Below, one piece after another: positions 1 to 12,599 of a DNA stretch of 64,000 nucleotides. Within the stretch, counting starts at the first letter, position 1, and each line of letters starts with the position of its first letter. The position numbers were made by a program, and so were the translations under genes. Below the pieces are notes generated by a model, which was not told where the DNA came from, ran no database searches, and was given only the letters and a program-made list of their open reading frames with translations. Source of the stretch: the human T2T-CHM13v2.0 reference genome, Homo sapiens; assembly GCF_009914755.1 (NCBI RefSeq), contig NC_060942.1; one strand, written 5' to 3'.

Positions 1-653
1 AATACACTTTCTAGAATGTTTTGTAGCAATAATACTCCAAAATCCATCTTACCAAGTGATACTTTCCTTAAAGTGAGAGGCACTGTTTGGATCTCAGGTG
101 CACTCATGATATGTTTCTCTTGTTTGTTTCTTTGTGTGGACACAGTTGGTGAGACCATGCTTTTGAGCTATCCAGTCTTGATAGCGGCAGAGACTTTCTC
201 CTGGGCTCACCATGGCAATAAAATAGGGAGTGAAAATAACCCTGAGGTATTAGCTTGTGAGAATTGTAATGAGTCTGCTCAGACCCTTGCAAAATTTTTT
301 TCCCTTCTTTCGTTTTTCACAGTTGTAAGTCCTTATTGTGCTAATGGATACAGGGGTCATAATATGATAAATATAGAAAGATACTGGCCAGATTGCAGTT
401 AAACTTTAAGAGTAAGTAGAATCTAATCTTAGAGGTGTAAGGGAAGCCTTCCAGACAGTAGAAACAGCATGAGCAGAGGCAGGATGGTAGTAGAGAATTA
501 CCTGGTGAATGTATCACCATTACCTGTGAAAGAACAAAGAAGACAATGGCAACAAAGACGAGGAGACGTGGATGCTTGTTCTGCTGCACGATGTGCTATG
601 TCATCCCACTTCCCTGGGCCTAACTATGTGGGTGAACTGTACGTGTATGGCTG

Positions 654-1079
654 TGGCTATGGTTTGGACATGGTTTGTTTGGTGCCAAGCCTCATGTTGA
701 AATTTGATCACCAGTGTGGGAGGTGGGGTTTAGTGGGAGATGTTTGGATTGTGGGGATAGATCCCTTATAAATGGCTTGGTTTCATTCTTATGGGAGTAA
801 GTGAGTTCTCATTCTTAGTTCCCGTGAGAACTGGTTGTTGAAAAGAGCCTGGTACCACCTCCTCTCTCCCTTGTTGCTTTTCTTACCATGTGATCTATGC
901 ACACATTGGCTTCTTTTCCTCCTTCTACCATGAATTGAAGCAGTCTGAAGCTCTCACCAGAAGACACTGGTGCCATGCATCTTGCATAGTCTAAAGAAGT
1001 GTGAGTGAAAAAAACCTCTTTTCTTCATAAATTACCAGCCTCATGTATTCCTTTTTAGCAAAACAAATGGACTAAGACG
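654..1079 (+). mobile_element. MSTB-like MaLR solo LTR
   Basis: Begins TGGCTATGGTTTGGACATGGTTTGTTTGG...CTCATGTTGAAATTTGATC and ends ...AAATTACCAGCCTCA...TAGCAAAACAAATGGACTAAGAC, matching remembered MSTB termini. Confidence 0.8.
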
Positions 1080-1789
1080 GTACGTGTATTATATATACAC
1101 ATAAGGATTTGGAATTAAGGAGTTAAACTACTCCATATCTCAAGCTTTTTCCAGCTCTCACTTCTAGGAGCCATGTTACTTGAACTAAGATCTGTTGGGA
1201 ATCCTATAGAATTGATGGTGATTATGATGACAATTCCTGTGTATAGTTAATGTTTCTGCCTAGAGAGAGGAGTGGTACGTGTGATCTTGGGTGCATAAGT
1301 ATCTAGGTGGCCTTTACTCTCCATTTTACAAGGAACATACTTAGTGGTTTTGGCACAGCCTGTGTAGTAACTTCATGTTTGGTGGGTTTTGTTGTCTACG
1401 TGCTGGTTGCTCTCTCTGGATGCTGGAGGAACTTCTGTGTGTGATACCATTCTATGTGAACTTTGAAGTTAGGGAGGATAAGATGAAGAAAAGGAAGACT
1501 GGAAGTCCTAGATTATTTTTTCTGGGCCCGGCCTATATTGCTTTTTATACCATCAACATATGACATTGTCAACCAAAAGAAATTATGTCAAGTTTAAGAA
1601 GCCTCTGAAGTAGTGCTCTTAAATCCTGTCCATGACCCTGTCTTGTGCAAAACTTTAATCAATGTCTTGGAAATCTGTATAGAAAGTATGTTTATTATAC
1701 TTCAGCTGCAAAAAGGTGGGAAAGATAAATGACATACATGTTCACCTATTACTTAATATTCACCCCACATTACTTAGACCATTTGCTAA

Positions 1790-2090
1790 TAGCTGGCTGT
1801 CTAACTGCTCCCAGCCAACAGGCTATGGGCAACACACTTATGAAATGGTGTGAGATGCTCTAGTTCTCTTATGCTGTTGCGGTGATTGTGAAGGGCTCCT
1901 ATTTTACAAGGTACAGCTACAAAGTACTGAAGCCAACCTCAACCTCGGCCTCTGAGTGACTGTGTAGAGGAGAGCCCTTTGCTGGCCTTGTTGAATAAAC
2001 AGTGTGAGCAAAAAATAAACTTTGTTATTTTAAGTCACTGAGATTTCATGGTTATATATTACCATAGCCTAGACTTTCCTGACTAATACA
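1790..2090 (+). mobile_element. MLT1 (J/K-like) MaLR LTR, 3' part
   Basis: Ends ...AAATAAACTTTGTTATTTTAAGTCACTGAGATTT...CCTGACTAATACA, a typical old MLT1 3' terminus; 5' boundary approximate. Confidence 0.6.
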
Positions 2091-2784
2091 GACAGGTAAA
2101 GAATATATGTTGCAAATAAATCCCTAAAGATCAGAGCACTTGGAAAACCCAGTAATCAGGCTGAAAGTAATTCGGGATGGTCAAGGAATAACTTGACTGA
2201 CGGCAGTTCATGTGAAAAGTTATGATGGAGCAGGATGGCTAAAAAAGATAAATTACATCATGTCTGTAGTCTTCAAAAATTTGAGAAATATTGTCAGAGA
2301 AGTCATCTCATTCTAGGTTCCTCTAGAGGGCAGAAACAAGAGCAACACAGAAAAATTTTGAGAGCTATATAGACCCCATTTAACAAAGAAAATGTTATCA
2401 ATGTGAGCTATTTATCAGTGGATAGAGACATCTTTGGAATGATGAGTTTAGGAATAGTCAAAATAGTCATGCTGAGGCCAGATATCTAAGAATCAGGGAT
2501 GCTATATAACCAAATTCTTCAATATGTAAAATTTTTGTCTATAAAATAAATTGTGTTAAAAGTGTATCATTTTCTGTTAATAATGGTCATAATATCAGTA
2601 CATGTATTTTGAGATATGACTTGTTTTATTATTTACTGAGAGGGGGCACTTGGCTTGTAACAACTTATCTACAATTTCATGCATCTCTTTGTGATGTGGT
2701 TTGAACACTCCCTGCTACCACAAAACAAAATTGTATCACTGATGATTTGGCTCAACTAAGTTACATAGGATCAAAAAGCTAGAG

Positions 2785-2980
2785 CAGTGGTTCCCATGTT
2801 TGGTCCAAAGATGGTGATGGCTGGTGCATAAACATCATCTGAGGATTTTAATACAAATACCAATTCACGGGCTTTGTCCCTGGAAAGTTTAATTTATAGG
2901 TTGGGTTTGGGGTCTGGAAATATGCACTTAAATAAGTTCTGCAGGTTATTCTGATGGGCAGTCTGGTTTGGGAGCTAGTG
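2785..2980. mobile_element. MER5-type hAT-Charlie non-autonomous DNA transposon
   Basis: CAGTGGTTCCCA...GGGTCTGGAAATATGCACTTAAATAAGTTCTGCAGGTTATTCTGATG...GTTTGGGAGCTAGTG; preceded by a CTAGA-type target. Confidence 0.6.
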
Positions 2981-3726
2981 TTCTACCTGTTTCTCTGCTT
3001 TTGTGGGTGTTTCATTCTTTTAGGTTCGTTTTCATCTTCATTGCACAGAAAAAGTACCCTTTTAAAACTCCAAGTCTATCTTAATTGAACAAAAAGAAGG
3101 GGGATTTCTCTATGTGATGGTCAGTGGGGCTATGACAGATGGTAGCAGAAGCAACCATCCTAGCTCCAGAATTTGCATTGAGAAAGAGAGAGTCACAGAG
3201 GATGAGAGTCAGAACCTGCTTGGCCATCAGGTGCCTCCCCTCTTATCCTCCTCAGCATGTGAGATAGGCAAGGAACCTCCTTGGCTGCAGACGGAGGGAT
3301 ATTGGAAGCCATCTAGTCTAGCATCTTTTTCTAGCAAAAATTTTAAGGAATCAATTCAAAGTGACCACAGTCAGGCAGTGAGCCTGCATTGCACCTTCAG
3401 GGTATCATCAGGGGTTCCTCAATTGTCTTGTAATTTTGTGGCTCTTGTGGCATCTGACTGTGACTGAGTTCAGACCTGCCCAAGGCAGCATTTCCAGGAA
3501 TGAGCTTCTGAAGGAGGGCCTGGCAAATTTCCCTTTCAGGGGAGACGGTAATCAGACACTCAGGGCCATGGCAGAGAACTCTTAGCAGAGTGAATACTGA
3601 CTCTGAATCAGAGCCTTCTCCTCAGGCTCCTTTCCACATCTTGCCCTCTCTGCAAACATTAGCTGGGTTGAGTGTGAGGACTAAGGCTCTTCATATCAAA
3701 GTCTTTTCCCTGGATAGTAATTATTT

Positions 3727-4035
3727 ATTTTTATTTATTTATTTTTATTTTTTTGAGATGGAGTCTCACACTGTCACTGGGGCTGGAATGAAATGGCGCG
3801 ATCTCGGCTCACTGCAGCATCCACCTCCCAGGTTCCAGTGATTCTCGTGCCTCAGCCTCCCAAGTAGCTGGGATTATAGGCTCCTGCCACCATGCCCAGC
3901 TAATTTTTTGTATTTTTAGTAAAGACAGGGTTTCACTATGTTGGCCAGGCTGGTGTCGAACACCTGACCTCGTGATCCACCCATCTCGGCCTCCCAAAGT
4001 GCTGGGATTACAGGCGTGAGCCACCACACCTGGCC
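3727..4035 (-). mobile_element. AluS (Sg-like) full-length SINE
   Basis: Complete dimeric Alu in antisense with (TTTA)n tail; GACCTCGTGATCC 2-nt deletion diagnostic; TSD GTAATTATTT at 3717-3726 and 4037-4046. Confidence 0.95.
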
Positions 4036-6889
4036 GGTAATTATTTTTTAACAGGTTGAGGTAACTACATAGTCATTTGTGTCTGGAAATAAGTGTCCTG
4101 GCCTATTTTCAGTACATTTCTCTTTTCTATAATTGTCATACTCTTTAATGAGGCTTGAAACACTCAATTTCGTGACCTCTGTCTCAAAGACCCTGGTGTT
4201 CAGTGCCTATCAAGACAGTGTGAACCTCTTAAGAATGAAGGGTAGAATTCTGATCATCATCCCCCACCCCCAAATATTTTGTGGCTGAGTGTTAACACTG
4301 CTGTTGTATTTCCCTTCAGCTAAGACTGTCTCCATTGAATTCTTGTTGTAGCCTGGAATCAGTTCCAAAGTGTTAGCTAACTGGCGTGTCTGGGGAAGTA
4401 AATCAAAGGCCTCTAGTAAATTTTAACAGTCATATACCTAGGATCAGTTCAGCAACCTAGAAATTTGATTACAAGTTGAAAATAAACCAGCTACAGAAAT
4501 ACCTTACTTACTCATATCTGGAAGTCTGAACTTTTAGAAAACTTCTATGTTCTTTCCCTGAGTGCTTTCTTTCCCCCTTCCTGCCATTTTCCATTTTTGT
4601 GTACTTTCAGTGCCTAGTACAAATCTTTGTGTATTGACAGGACTCAGGTGGTAATTGTCCCTTCCCTTAGAATGAATGGATGGAGAGATGAACAAATAAA
4701 CTCTCTAGAGTATTGTCAAGAGTCAGATTGCAATTCAAAGAAATGTTATGGGACAATATATATGCACTATCCATACATATAGTATGACCCCGTGTGCCTG
4801 GAACAGTACTGGTTTACAGCTTTGATATATTCATTGATGGCACCTCCATTCACTCACATATGTTGGGCAGTAAACATATAGTTACCCTATTCATATGCAA
4901 TCTTTTCTGGTCCTTTATTAAGAGTTATTTATTCTTGTATTTAATTCAAATAATCTTGGCTAGATTTCTTTCTCACTTTGCAACAGATTAGCAAATTTTA
5001 AATAGCCAACAGGTGATAGAGAGGCTAGCCCTTCCTCTCAAGAAGCCTCTGGAAGGCAACACTATTTTATGGCATAAGTGAAGTTTGTTCTATAAGGCAG
5101 GGAACTAAGGGATCCACTAAAACAAGTTTTTTCTTTTCTTTTTTTTTTAAATTATTGCAATTAAAAAGGATTAGTGTTATCTGAAAAAAACTCATTCTCA
5201 TTCTCATATATTCAGATAAAGTGAAATATTACTATAACATGCAACATTTATTCCTATGTACTGTGCACACCATATGTTGAGGGTGAATACATAGAAAATA
5301 AAGTGCTAACATTTGAGAGGATTGTAACATATAGTAAAAATGTGATTAACCATACTTCAGTTTATGAATACGATATTAACTATTTTTTTCTTTTTTACTG
5401 CCTTTTTGGGGAAAGAGACATGCCACGTGAAAAGAAATTGGTATTACCCATTTAGCTTAAAGAAGAATAAGTAAGTCTCCCTTGATTTCTTGAGATTGTT
5501 GTGGACTCAGCTTTCAAACTGTCTAGTTTCCAGCACACTTTCTCCTTTTCATTCTCTTGTGTGAGGCAAGGAGGCTTAGTGCTCAAAGATAAACCCAAGG
5601 ACCTACAGCTTCCCAAACCACCAAGGAAGGGTTTATTTTCCTTCACTAGATTGTCCATTGAGATAGGATAATGGATTTAGTCATTATTTGAAGGATTTTC
5701 AGTATCAATCATTGAACTGGTTAATTCTGAGTTGAGCAGAAAATTCAGTTTACTGGGAGCCCTTCTTCCTAAATACCAACATGGGCCCCCAGTTCCCTAA
5801 GTGTTTTGGTCCAGTGTGATTTGCTGCTACTATGTATGCAGGATATACAGATAGTAGCTCTGTGGCTGGCAGTGGCTAAGCCATCCCACTCCAGTCAAGA
5901 TGAACAGGGGAATTAGGGTAGTGTTTAGGTTAAAGTGTGTTGATACCACTTGGTGAAGATTTTGAATGGAAGGAAGACAAAAGACTTTCTTAGGTAATAT
6001 GCTTTCACCTCTGCAAGTAGGGAAAAATCATATTTTGACCCTTGTTCTTTATACCAAAAAAGCCTTTTAACTTAGAAAAAGGAAACTTGAGGTGTGAGTT
6101 GTGTAGTTCACTCACTGTGCTTCAAGCAAGACATACATTTTACCCACTCAGTGCCAATGCAGAATGCATCTCTACCTCATTTTAGCTTATCTGAATCTTA
6201 TCCTTCCTTCAAGGTCAAGTACAATTTCTGAATTCCCCCCACATTTAGCCTCCCTAGTCTACACAAAGCAGCACCGTCATTGTCTTCATCATCTTTTATT
6301 TATAGTTGGATTGGTGGTGGTGGTGTTTCTTTCTCATGACAGCCTTACAAATAGCATCAGCCCCCACTCTCTAAAATGATTTGAATGGGACCCTACCCAG
6401 AGGCAGCCACCAATGCTGAGCACTTCTCCTGGCCTCCTCTGGCCTAATGAGCCCTCGATTATTGTTTGGCATTATTAAATGTCAACAATAGGATGGCTCC
6501 CCTCTGGGAACTCAGTGAAAATGGCAAGAAATATAAGATTAGAATTGAGAAAACACAGAAAATAGCTTTTATTTATTGGCAGAGGGGAGGAAAAGCTCCT
6601 AAGCATCATCCCAGTGTTCCTCTTTATCATCTGCTGTAACTTCTCCTTTTTCCTCCTCGAGGGCAGCAGTTCTATCTTTGCACAATGTAACACATTAAAG
6701 CGACAAGTTTTATTTCAAAGGCAATATTAATAATGGAGTTAGAAAACACTTATTTGCTAATCATTTAAAAGGAAATTTAAGCTGCAAATTGTTTCCTGTT
6801 CACACTCCTCTTTAATGGCTTTCTCTGACTTTAAGGCTAGAGATTGTGAATCCAGTCCTATGAGGTTTATTTGGGGAAATGGAAGAAAA

Positions 6890-7480
6890 CTAGAATTTAT
6901 TGATTGAGCACTTCCTGTGTGCCAGGCCTAGAGGCAGGTGTTTACATTCCTCATCTGCTATCCTTTGAATGTGTCCCCTCTAAGATTCAAATGTTGTTAA
7001 TGTGATGGTATTAAGAGCTAGGGCCATTAAGAGGTAATTAGGCCACAAGGGCTCCTGTTTTGTGAATGGGATTAGGTGCCCTTATAAGGGGGGTTGATGG
7101 AGGGAGTTTCTTCTCTTTTTGCCCTTCTGCCATGTGAGGACACAGTGTTTCTCCCCTCTGGAGGATGTAGCACTTTGGGCTTTGCCTTGGAAGCAGAGAC
7201 CTGACTCTCAGAAGACACCTAACCTGCTTGTGTCGTAATCTTGGACTTCCCAGCCTCCAGAACTGGGAATTTTAAAAATTTGCTTTTTATGAATTACCCA
7301 GTATCAGCTACTTTGTTATGGCAGCAGAAAACAAACTAATTTATCGGTTCTCACAATCTCCTGGCAAAGGTATTGTTGGCCACATTTCATAGATGAGAAA
7401 ATGGAGCAACAGGAGGAAAAGTAACTTATCTAAGATTACACCTGTGTAAGGGGCAGAGCTGGAATTTAAGTCTGAGGCAA
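6890..7480 (-). mobile_element. MIR SINE split by the MST LTR at 6956-7340
   Basis: TTGAGCACTTCCTGTGTGCCAGGC (left part) and CATTTCATAGATGAGAAAATGGAG...GCAGAGCTGGAATTTAA (MIR core, right part). Confidence 0.7.
6956..7340 (+). mobile_element. MSTC/MSTD-like MaLR solo LTR
   Basis: TGCTATCCTTTGAATGTGTCCCC start; TTCTCCCCTCTGGAGGATGTAGCA; TTGGACTTCCCAGCCTCCAGAACTG; ends GCAGCAGAAAACAAACTAA. Confidence 0.75.
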
Positions 7481-8049
7481 CTGCCCTGAAGCCTCCTGTT
7501 ATGCAGACAGTGGGATATGATAGTGGGGTAGGGGGATAGGCCAGAGGGCAGGAGGGGAAGTGAATGTTTGTCTTTGTACTGTTTTAGAATTTCTCCCTCT
7601 GCTGTCAGAGAAGAGAGGGGCCCGGGCATTTTTGTAGGGGTGGAGAGACAATGCAGGTTAGTGGCTCTATGACTGGGTTGTCTCTTAGGAAATGGGGATT
7701 TGAGAGAAGGACCAGTACCACCTCAGGATTCCAGAGACCTCACAGCCTATCTAGGCTCTGCCCCTGGCTTTCTCTGGAGTCTTGTTTCTTCACCTGTGAG
7801 ATGGGGACACCAGCATGTGTCCTTCTCACTTCAGTGAGATTTGTTACTCTTATTACCTGACATACTCATTCATATTAAGGAATTAATTATCCATAATAAT
7901 TTATTATAGCTCACTGAGGTATGTCTGTATTTTAAATATAGTAATTTGACTATTTCAATGTTTTATACTGAAAAAAGAAAAAGAATCTCTAAACATTGAA
8001 GAAAATTAACGCTCCTGACTGCTAAAGATATGCTTTTACATTCCCTTAG

Positions 8050-8128
8050 TTCTGATCACAAACTATGGCCCACGAAGCCTAAAATATTTGCTATCTGGCC
8101 CTTTACAGAAAGTGTTTGCTGCCCTCTG
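8050..8128 (+). mobile_element. Internally deleted MER58A (hAT-Charlie)
   Basis: CAAACTATGGCCC joined directly to ACGAAGCCTAAAATATTTGCTATCTGGCCCTTTACAGAAAGTGTTTGCTG (MER58 3' end). Confidence 0.65.
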
Positions 8129-8825
8129 CCTTATGTCATTAACTTATCGTAATTACACCATGAGGGAGACATTGTACACACTATTCAGATAGAGGATAGG
8201 GAGCTGAGCTTTCTATTTTTTTTTAATACAAGTATAAAAGACAGGATTTAACCGCAGTCTGGTAATTCTAAAGCTTTCATTCATTCTACTAAACTGCACT
8301 GCAATAACCTGGAGTTCTTACAATGCAAAGTTACACATAGAGCAAGTACAAACAGAAAGGATCGGAGGGAGATCAGTGGGGGTGTCATTTGGGGTCAGGA
8401 CATTCTGAGGGAGAGTTGGACAGTATTTTACCGTATAACCTTAGTGTGTCTCTACTATTCCCTGATTCTATACCCAGGGCAGATATTGCTAATTTATTAA
8501 AGCACTGTTTTTTGTTGAGTCAGGATGCAGCCACAGAATTCTCCTGAAGACAATCCTCCAAGCATAATATGTATAACATAACTAACATTTCTGACAAGCA
8601 TGAATAGGGGATATTTGAGCATCTGCATGTAATAGAAGACTTTGAGGTAGTGATAGAAGAAACCATAAGAAAATGAGATAAAACCCTTATTTTCTAAATG
8701 AATTAAAAAATACATTTTTATTTATTTTATTAGCAAGAATTTCATCAAGAGGAATACATTCAGGAAATCCTCTTTGTCCAGCATATAGCTAAGAGCAGTG
8801 GGGGTATAGGAGGGTAGGAAACTGT

Positions 8826-9075
8826 CTAACATGGTGGTTGGGATCATGGGCTATGGAATCAAAATGTCTGTATCCAAATCCTAGCTATGCTACTCACTGT
8901 ATGTGATGCTGGGCAAGTTTTACTTACCACATTGTTTCTTAGTTTTTCTCATCCAGTAAAATGGAAAAAATAAAAAACCTACTCTATGGTGTTATTGTGG
9001 AAATTAACTGAGTTGATTTCTGTAAAGCATGTAGGGCCACACCCGACATAGGGTAAGTGCTAACATAACTGTTAT
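8826..9075 (+). mobile_element. MIR SINE
   Basis: CAAATCCTAGCTATGCTACTCACTG...TGGGCAAGTT...AGTTTTTCTCATCCAGTAAAATGG core and GTAAGTGCT tail region. Confidence 0.75.
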
Positions 9076-10470
9076 ACTAGTATGGCATGGCTTTTAATGT
9101 GCTTAAAATCTAGTTCTCCATCCAAGACAAACATACAGAGAAACTAAGAGAAAACAGAAGATGATATAGTACAAGCCATGCTGAAGGTCTTTATTTTTCT
9201 GTGTTGTTTGCCTCTCAGCCCTGTTTCTTCTACCTCTAAAAGTCAAAGATAACGAAAACATTTGGAGTCACCATTTTCTGCATTTATGCATAATGCTGTT
9301 CCATTCCATTGAATTTTATCCTGTCATCTCATGGATTTCTCAATAACCCCCAAGACAATGCAGTCTCATTGGAAATCTTGCTGACCTGCAATTTGTCCTT
9401 TTTTTCTGCAGCTATAGCCAAATACACATTCTTGCCACTGTGGCAATTTGGAAAATAATTCATGTCACCCAAGTACTTTTCAATAATGTTGATTTACTAA
9501 TGCATTTAGTCAGGTATAGTTAAGGTCTTATTGTGCCATAAAGCATCTGCAGTAAGGAGATACCTTTAAATATTCCAAATAATTCATTTCAAATTATGGG
9601 AACTGTTTGTGTTATAATACTCAGCTATAATACCCCAGAGATATCTTGGCAGTCACTAATGAGCTAAACTATCTTTTTAGCAATCTGCTAGAGAAGAAAA
9701 AACATTATATAACTTTAAAGAGTCATTATGTATGCCCTTATGATCTATGGCTTTGCATACAATTTTTAGAAATGGTGTTTTCTAAAGGAAGTTCATAGGA
9801 AAAATCAAATTTTAGTGCTACTCCTCACTGAGCAAACAGTCAACGATGAAATGACAATTTTCTCCTGTTGAAATTATAGAATTCTCTCCCACACTCTGTT
9901 TTATTTTTTAATCAGCAATTTTAAGTTGGCAGGTGGTGAATTGGTCTAGGGGTCACTGCAGTTGTACTGTTTTAGTGTGAAGAGATGAGTATTTTATGTG
10001 GCCACTAAATACACCCTTCCAGCCCTACTCCTAGAAAATGACTAAATTTTGTATCTACTAAACATGATCTCCTGAAGATGTAAGTTAAAGAATATGGAAT
10101 CCAGCAGTTTATTATTTGTGATATTCTCCAGGTTGGATACCTATCCTACTATTTTTGCAAGCCAAGGCCTCTGACTCAAAAGGCTTCAGCTCATGTGAAA
10201 TGCAAAAAACGGACAGCTATGATCAGTCTACACAGGACAGTAACACTCCTCGAATAACTCCTACCAACATGGGAATATCTACGGTTTGCAATGTCAAAAG
10301 AACTAAGTGGTGATGATTATAAGGAAGTTTTTCCCATTCTGGCTTATGATTTCAATTGAGCCAGTTTCACGTTAGCCCAACTCTCTTTCCCTCAGTTACT
10401 GATAGATGTGGAGAATTGTATAATTTCTGATGTTGAAATCTGACTCTAAAGGACAGTATCAGTCTTTGGG

Positions 10471-10889
10471 TGTGGCAAATTACATTAGTACCCATTAAGT
10501 ATTTACTCCCTTCACCTGGCCTCTATGGGAGGGAGGCATATATTTACCCCATTGATTTTGGGTTTGGCCATGTGACTTGCTTTGGCCAATGAACTATAGA
10601 CAAAAGTGACAGTTTTGAGCCAAAGCTTTAAAAGACTTTCCAGTTTCTGCTCAGCCTTCTGGGGCCCTCTGATCTCAGCCATGAAAACATTCCTCAGTTG
10701 GTTCCTCCAGGTAGCTGTTCCTCTAGCCGGGCCTAAGAAGGAGGCACACAGACCAAACCTAAACTGAAACCAAGCTACCATAGCCAATCTATAGGCTCGT
10801 GTATATGAAGAGTGAATGCTTGGTTTCAGACACTGAGTTTTGGGGTTTTTGCTTAGGAAGCATTATTGTGGTAATAGCTAAGTAATATA
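10471..10889 (+). mobile_element. MLT1 (H/I/J-like) MaLR solo LTR
   Basis: TTTGGCCATGTGACTTGCTTTGGCCAATG hallmark; ends AGCATTATTGTGGTAATAGCTAAGTAATATA. Confidence 0.7.
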
Positions 10890-11231
10890 GACCATACCCT
10901 TAAAGTTTGCTGGTTAGAGGAGAGGTCCTTAAAATGATACGTTGTCTGATCTTATCTTGCTAGGAGTCTAAACGACCTAAGGCTTGGGAGGAGACTGGGT
11001 AAAGCACATCTTACCTGTGATCCTATTACTTTTGGTTAAATCTCCTAATACCCAGCTTATTCTCAAATTAAACTGTGAGTTAGTTGTGACTGAATGGTAT
11101 TACTAGATTAGCATTTTTGACACCAAAAATTGCCCACATTTCTAAGCTCGTTGTGCCTTTGGGGTACTTGTCTTAGATGGCCTAGCTGGCCTAGTTGATC
11201 CCTAGTTGGCTCATTAATTGATGAGAAGACA

Positions 11232-11430
11232 GAGTGAGGTAGTAAAAAGTGCATAAGAAAAATCTAGGTTAAATTCCCAAATAGGTCAACTACTTATATT
11301 CTCAGCGAGGTTCTTATCTCACTGAGATTCAGTTTCTTCATCTGTAAGGTGGTGATAAAACTTTTCTGCAATTTTTTTGGTGAGTTTTGAAGAAACAGCA
11401 TGCAAATTAAGTAAAATGTCTGGTGTAATG
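11232..11430 (+). mobile_element. MIR SINE
   Basis: CTGAGATTCAGTTTCTTCATCTGTAAGGTGG core. Confidence 0.6.
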
Positions 11431-11449
11431 CTTGTTGTAATCTTTAATG

Positions 11450-11635
11450 ATTGAGTACTTGCCACCTACTAAGCACATGATGTTTTACTTGTATTTGCTC
11501 TTGTCAGCAATAAAAAATGAGATTGGTAGTGTTATCATCCCCATTTTATGGATAGGAAGCTGAAGTAATAGTGTTTAAATAACTTGCTCAAGGTTATACG
11601 GTTAAGGAACGGTTGAGCAGAATTTTTACCCGGAT
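11450..11635 (-). mobile_element. MIR SINE
   Basis: ATCCCCATTTTATGGATAGGAAGCTGAAG...TAACTTGCTCAAGGTTATAC antisense core. Confidence 0.65.
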
Positions 11636-11725
11636 TAGAATGTAGAAAGTTTCCAAGAGCAAGAGACCATCACGTATCCTAATAGTAAGAAAAAATTAAA
11701 GAAAAATTTAAAAATTATAATTTTT

Positions 11726-12225
<500 letters not shown>

Positions 12226-12599
12226 TTAATAAAGCAAATATGCATCCAATCTTCAAATATTTCCCATGATGCCTTAATTGAGTGCATGAGAATAACCCAC
12301 AGAGGGCTGGTGGCAAAGGAGGAAAACAGAGCATTTCTGAGGCAAAGTGTGCCTTCCCTAAATGAAAGTCAGCAGGTAACCAAAACAGGGCAGAAGAAAA
12401 CTGAGCAAGATTGGCCTTATCCCAAAGAGCACAGGGCTTTTATGCCTGTAAGATAGTGCCACACTCAAAGGCAGGGTATAAGACAGGAGAGCGAGGTGAG
12501 ATCCCACCTCCACAAGTTGCATGGGCCTTATTAACAGAACAGAAATACCCAGATGAAGGTTGGAAAAAGAAGAGTTAAGAGAGAACCGCTGCACTAAGG

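Noticed and set aside
16-402. 128-aa ORF with a hydrophobic stretch
   Set aside because: Hydrophobicity comes from T-rich tracts; no recognisable homology or promoter context.
7512-7557. Five G-runs able to form a G-quadruplex
   Set aside because: Long loops and no functional context; such motifs are common.
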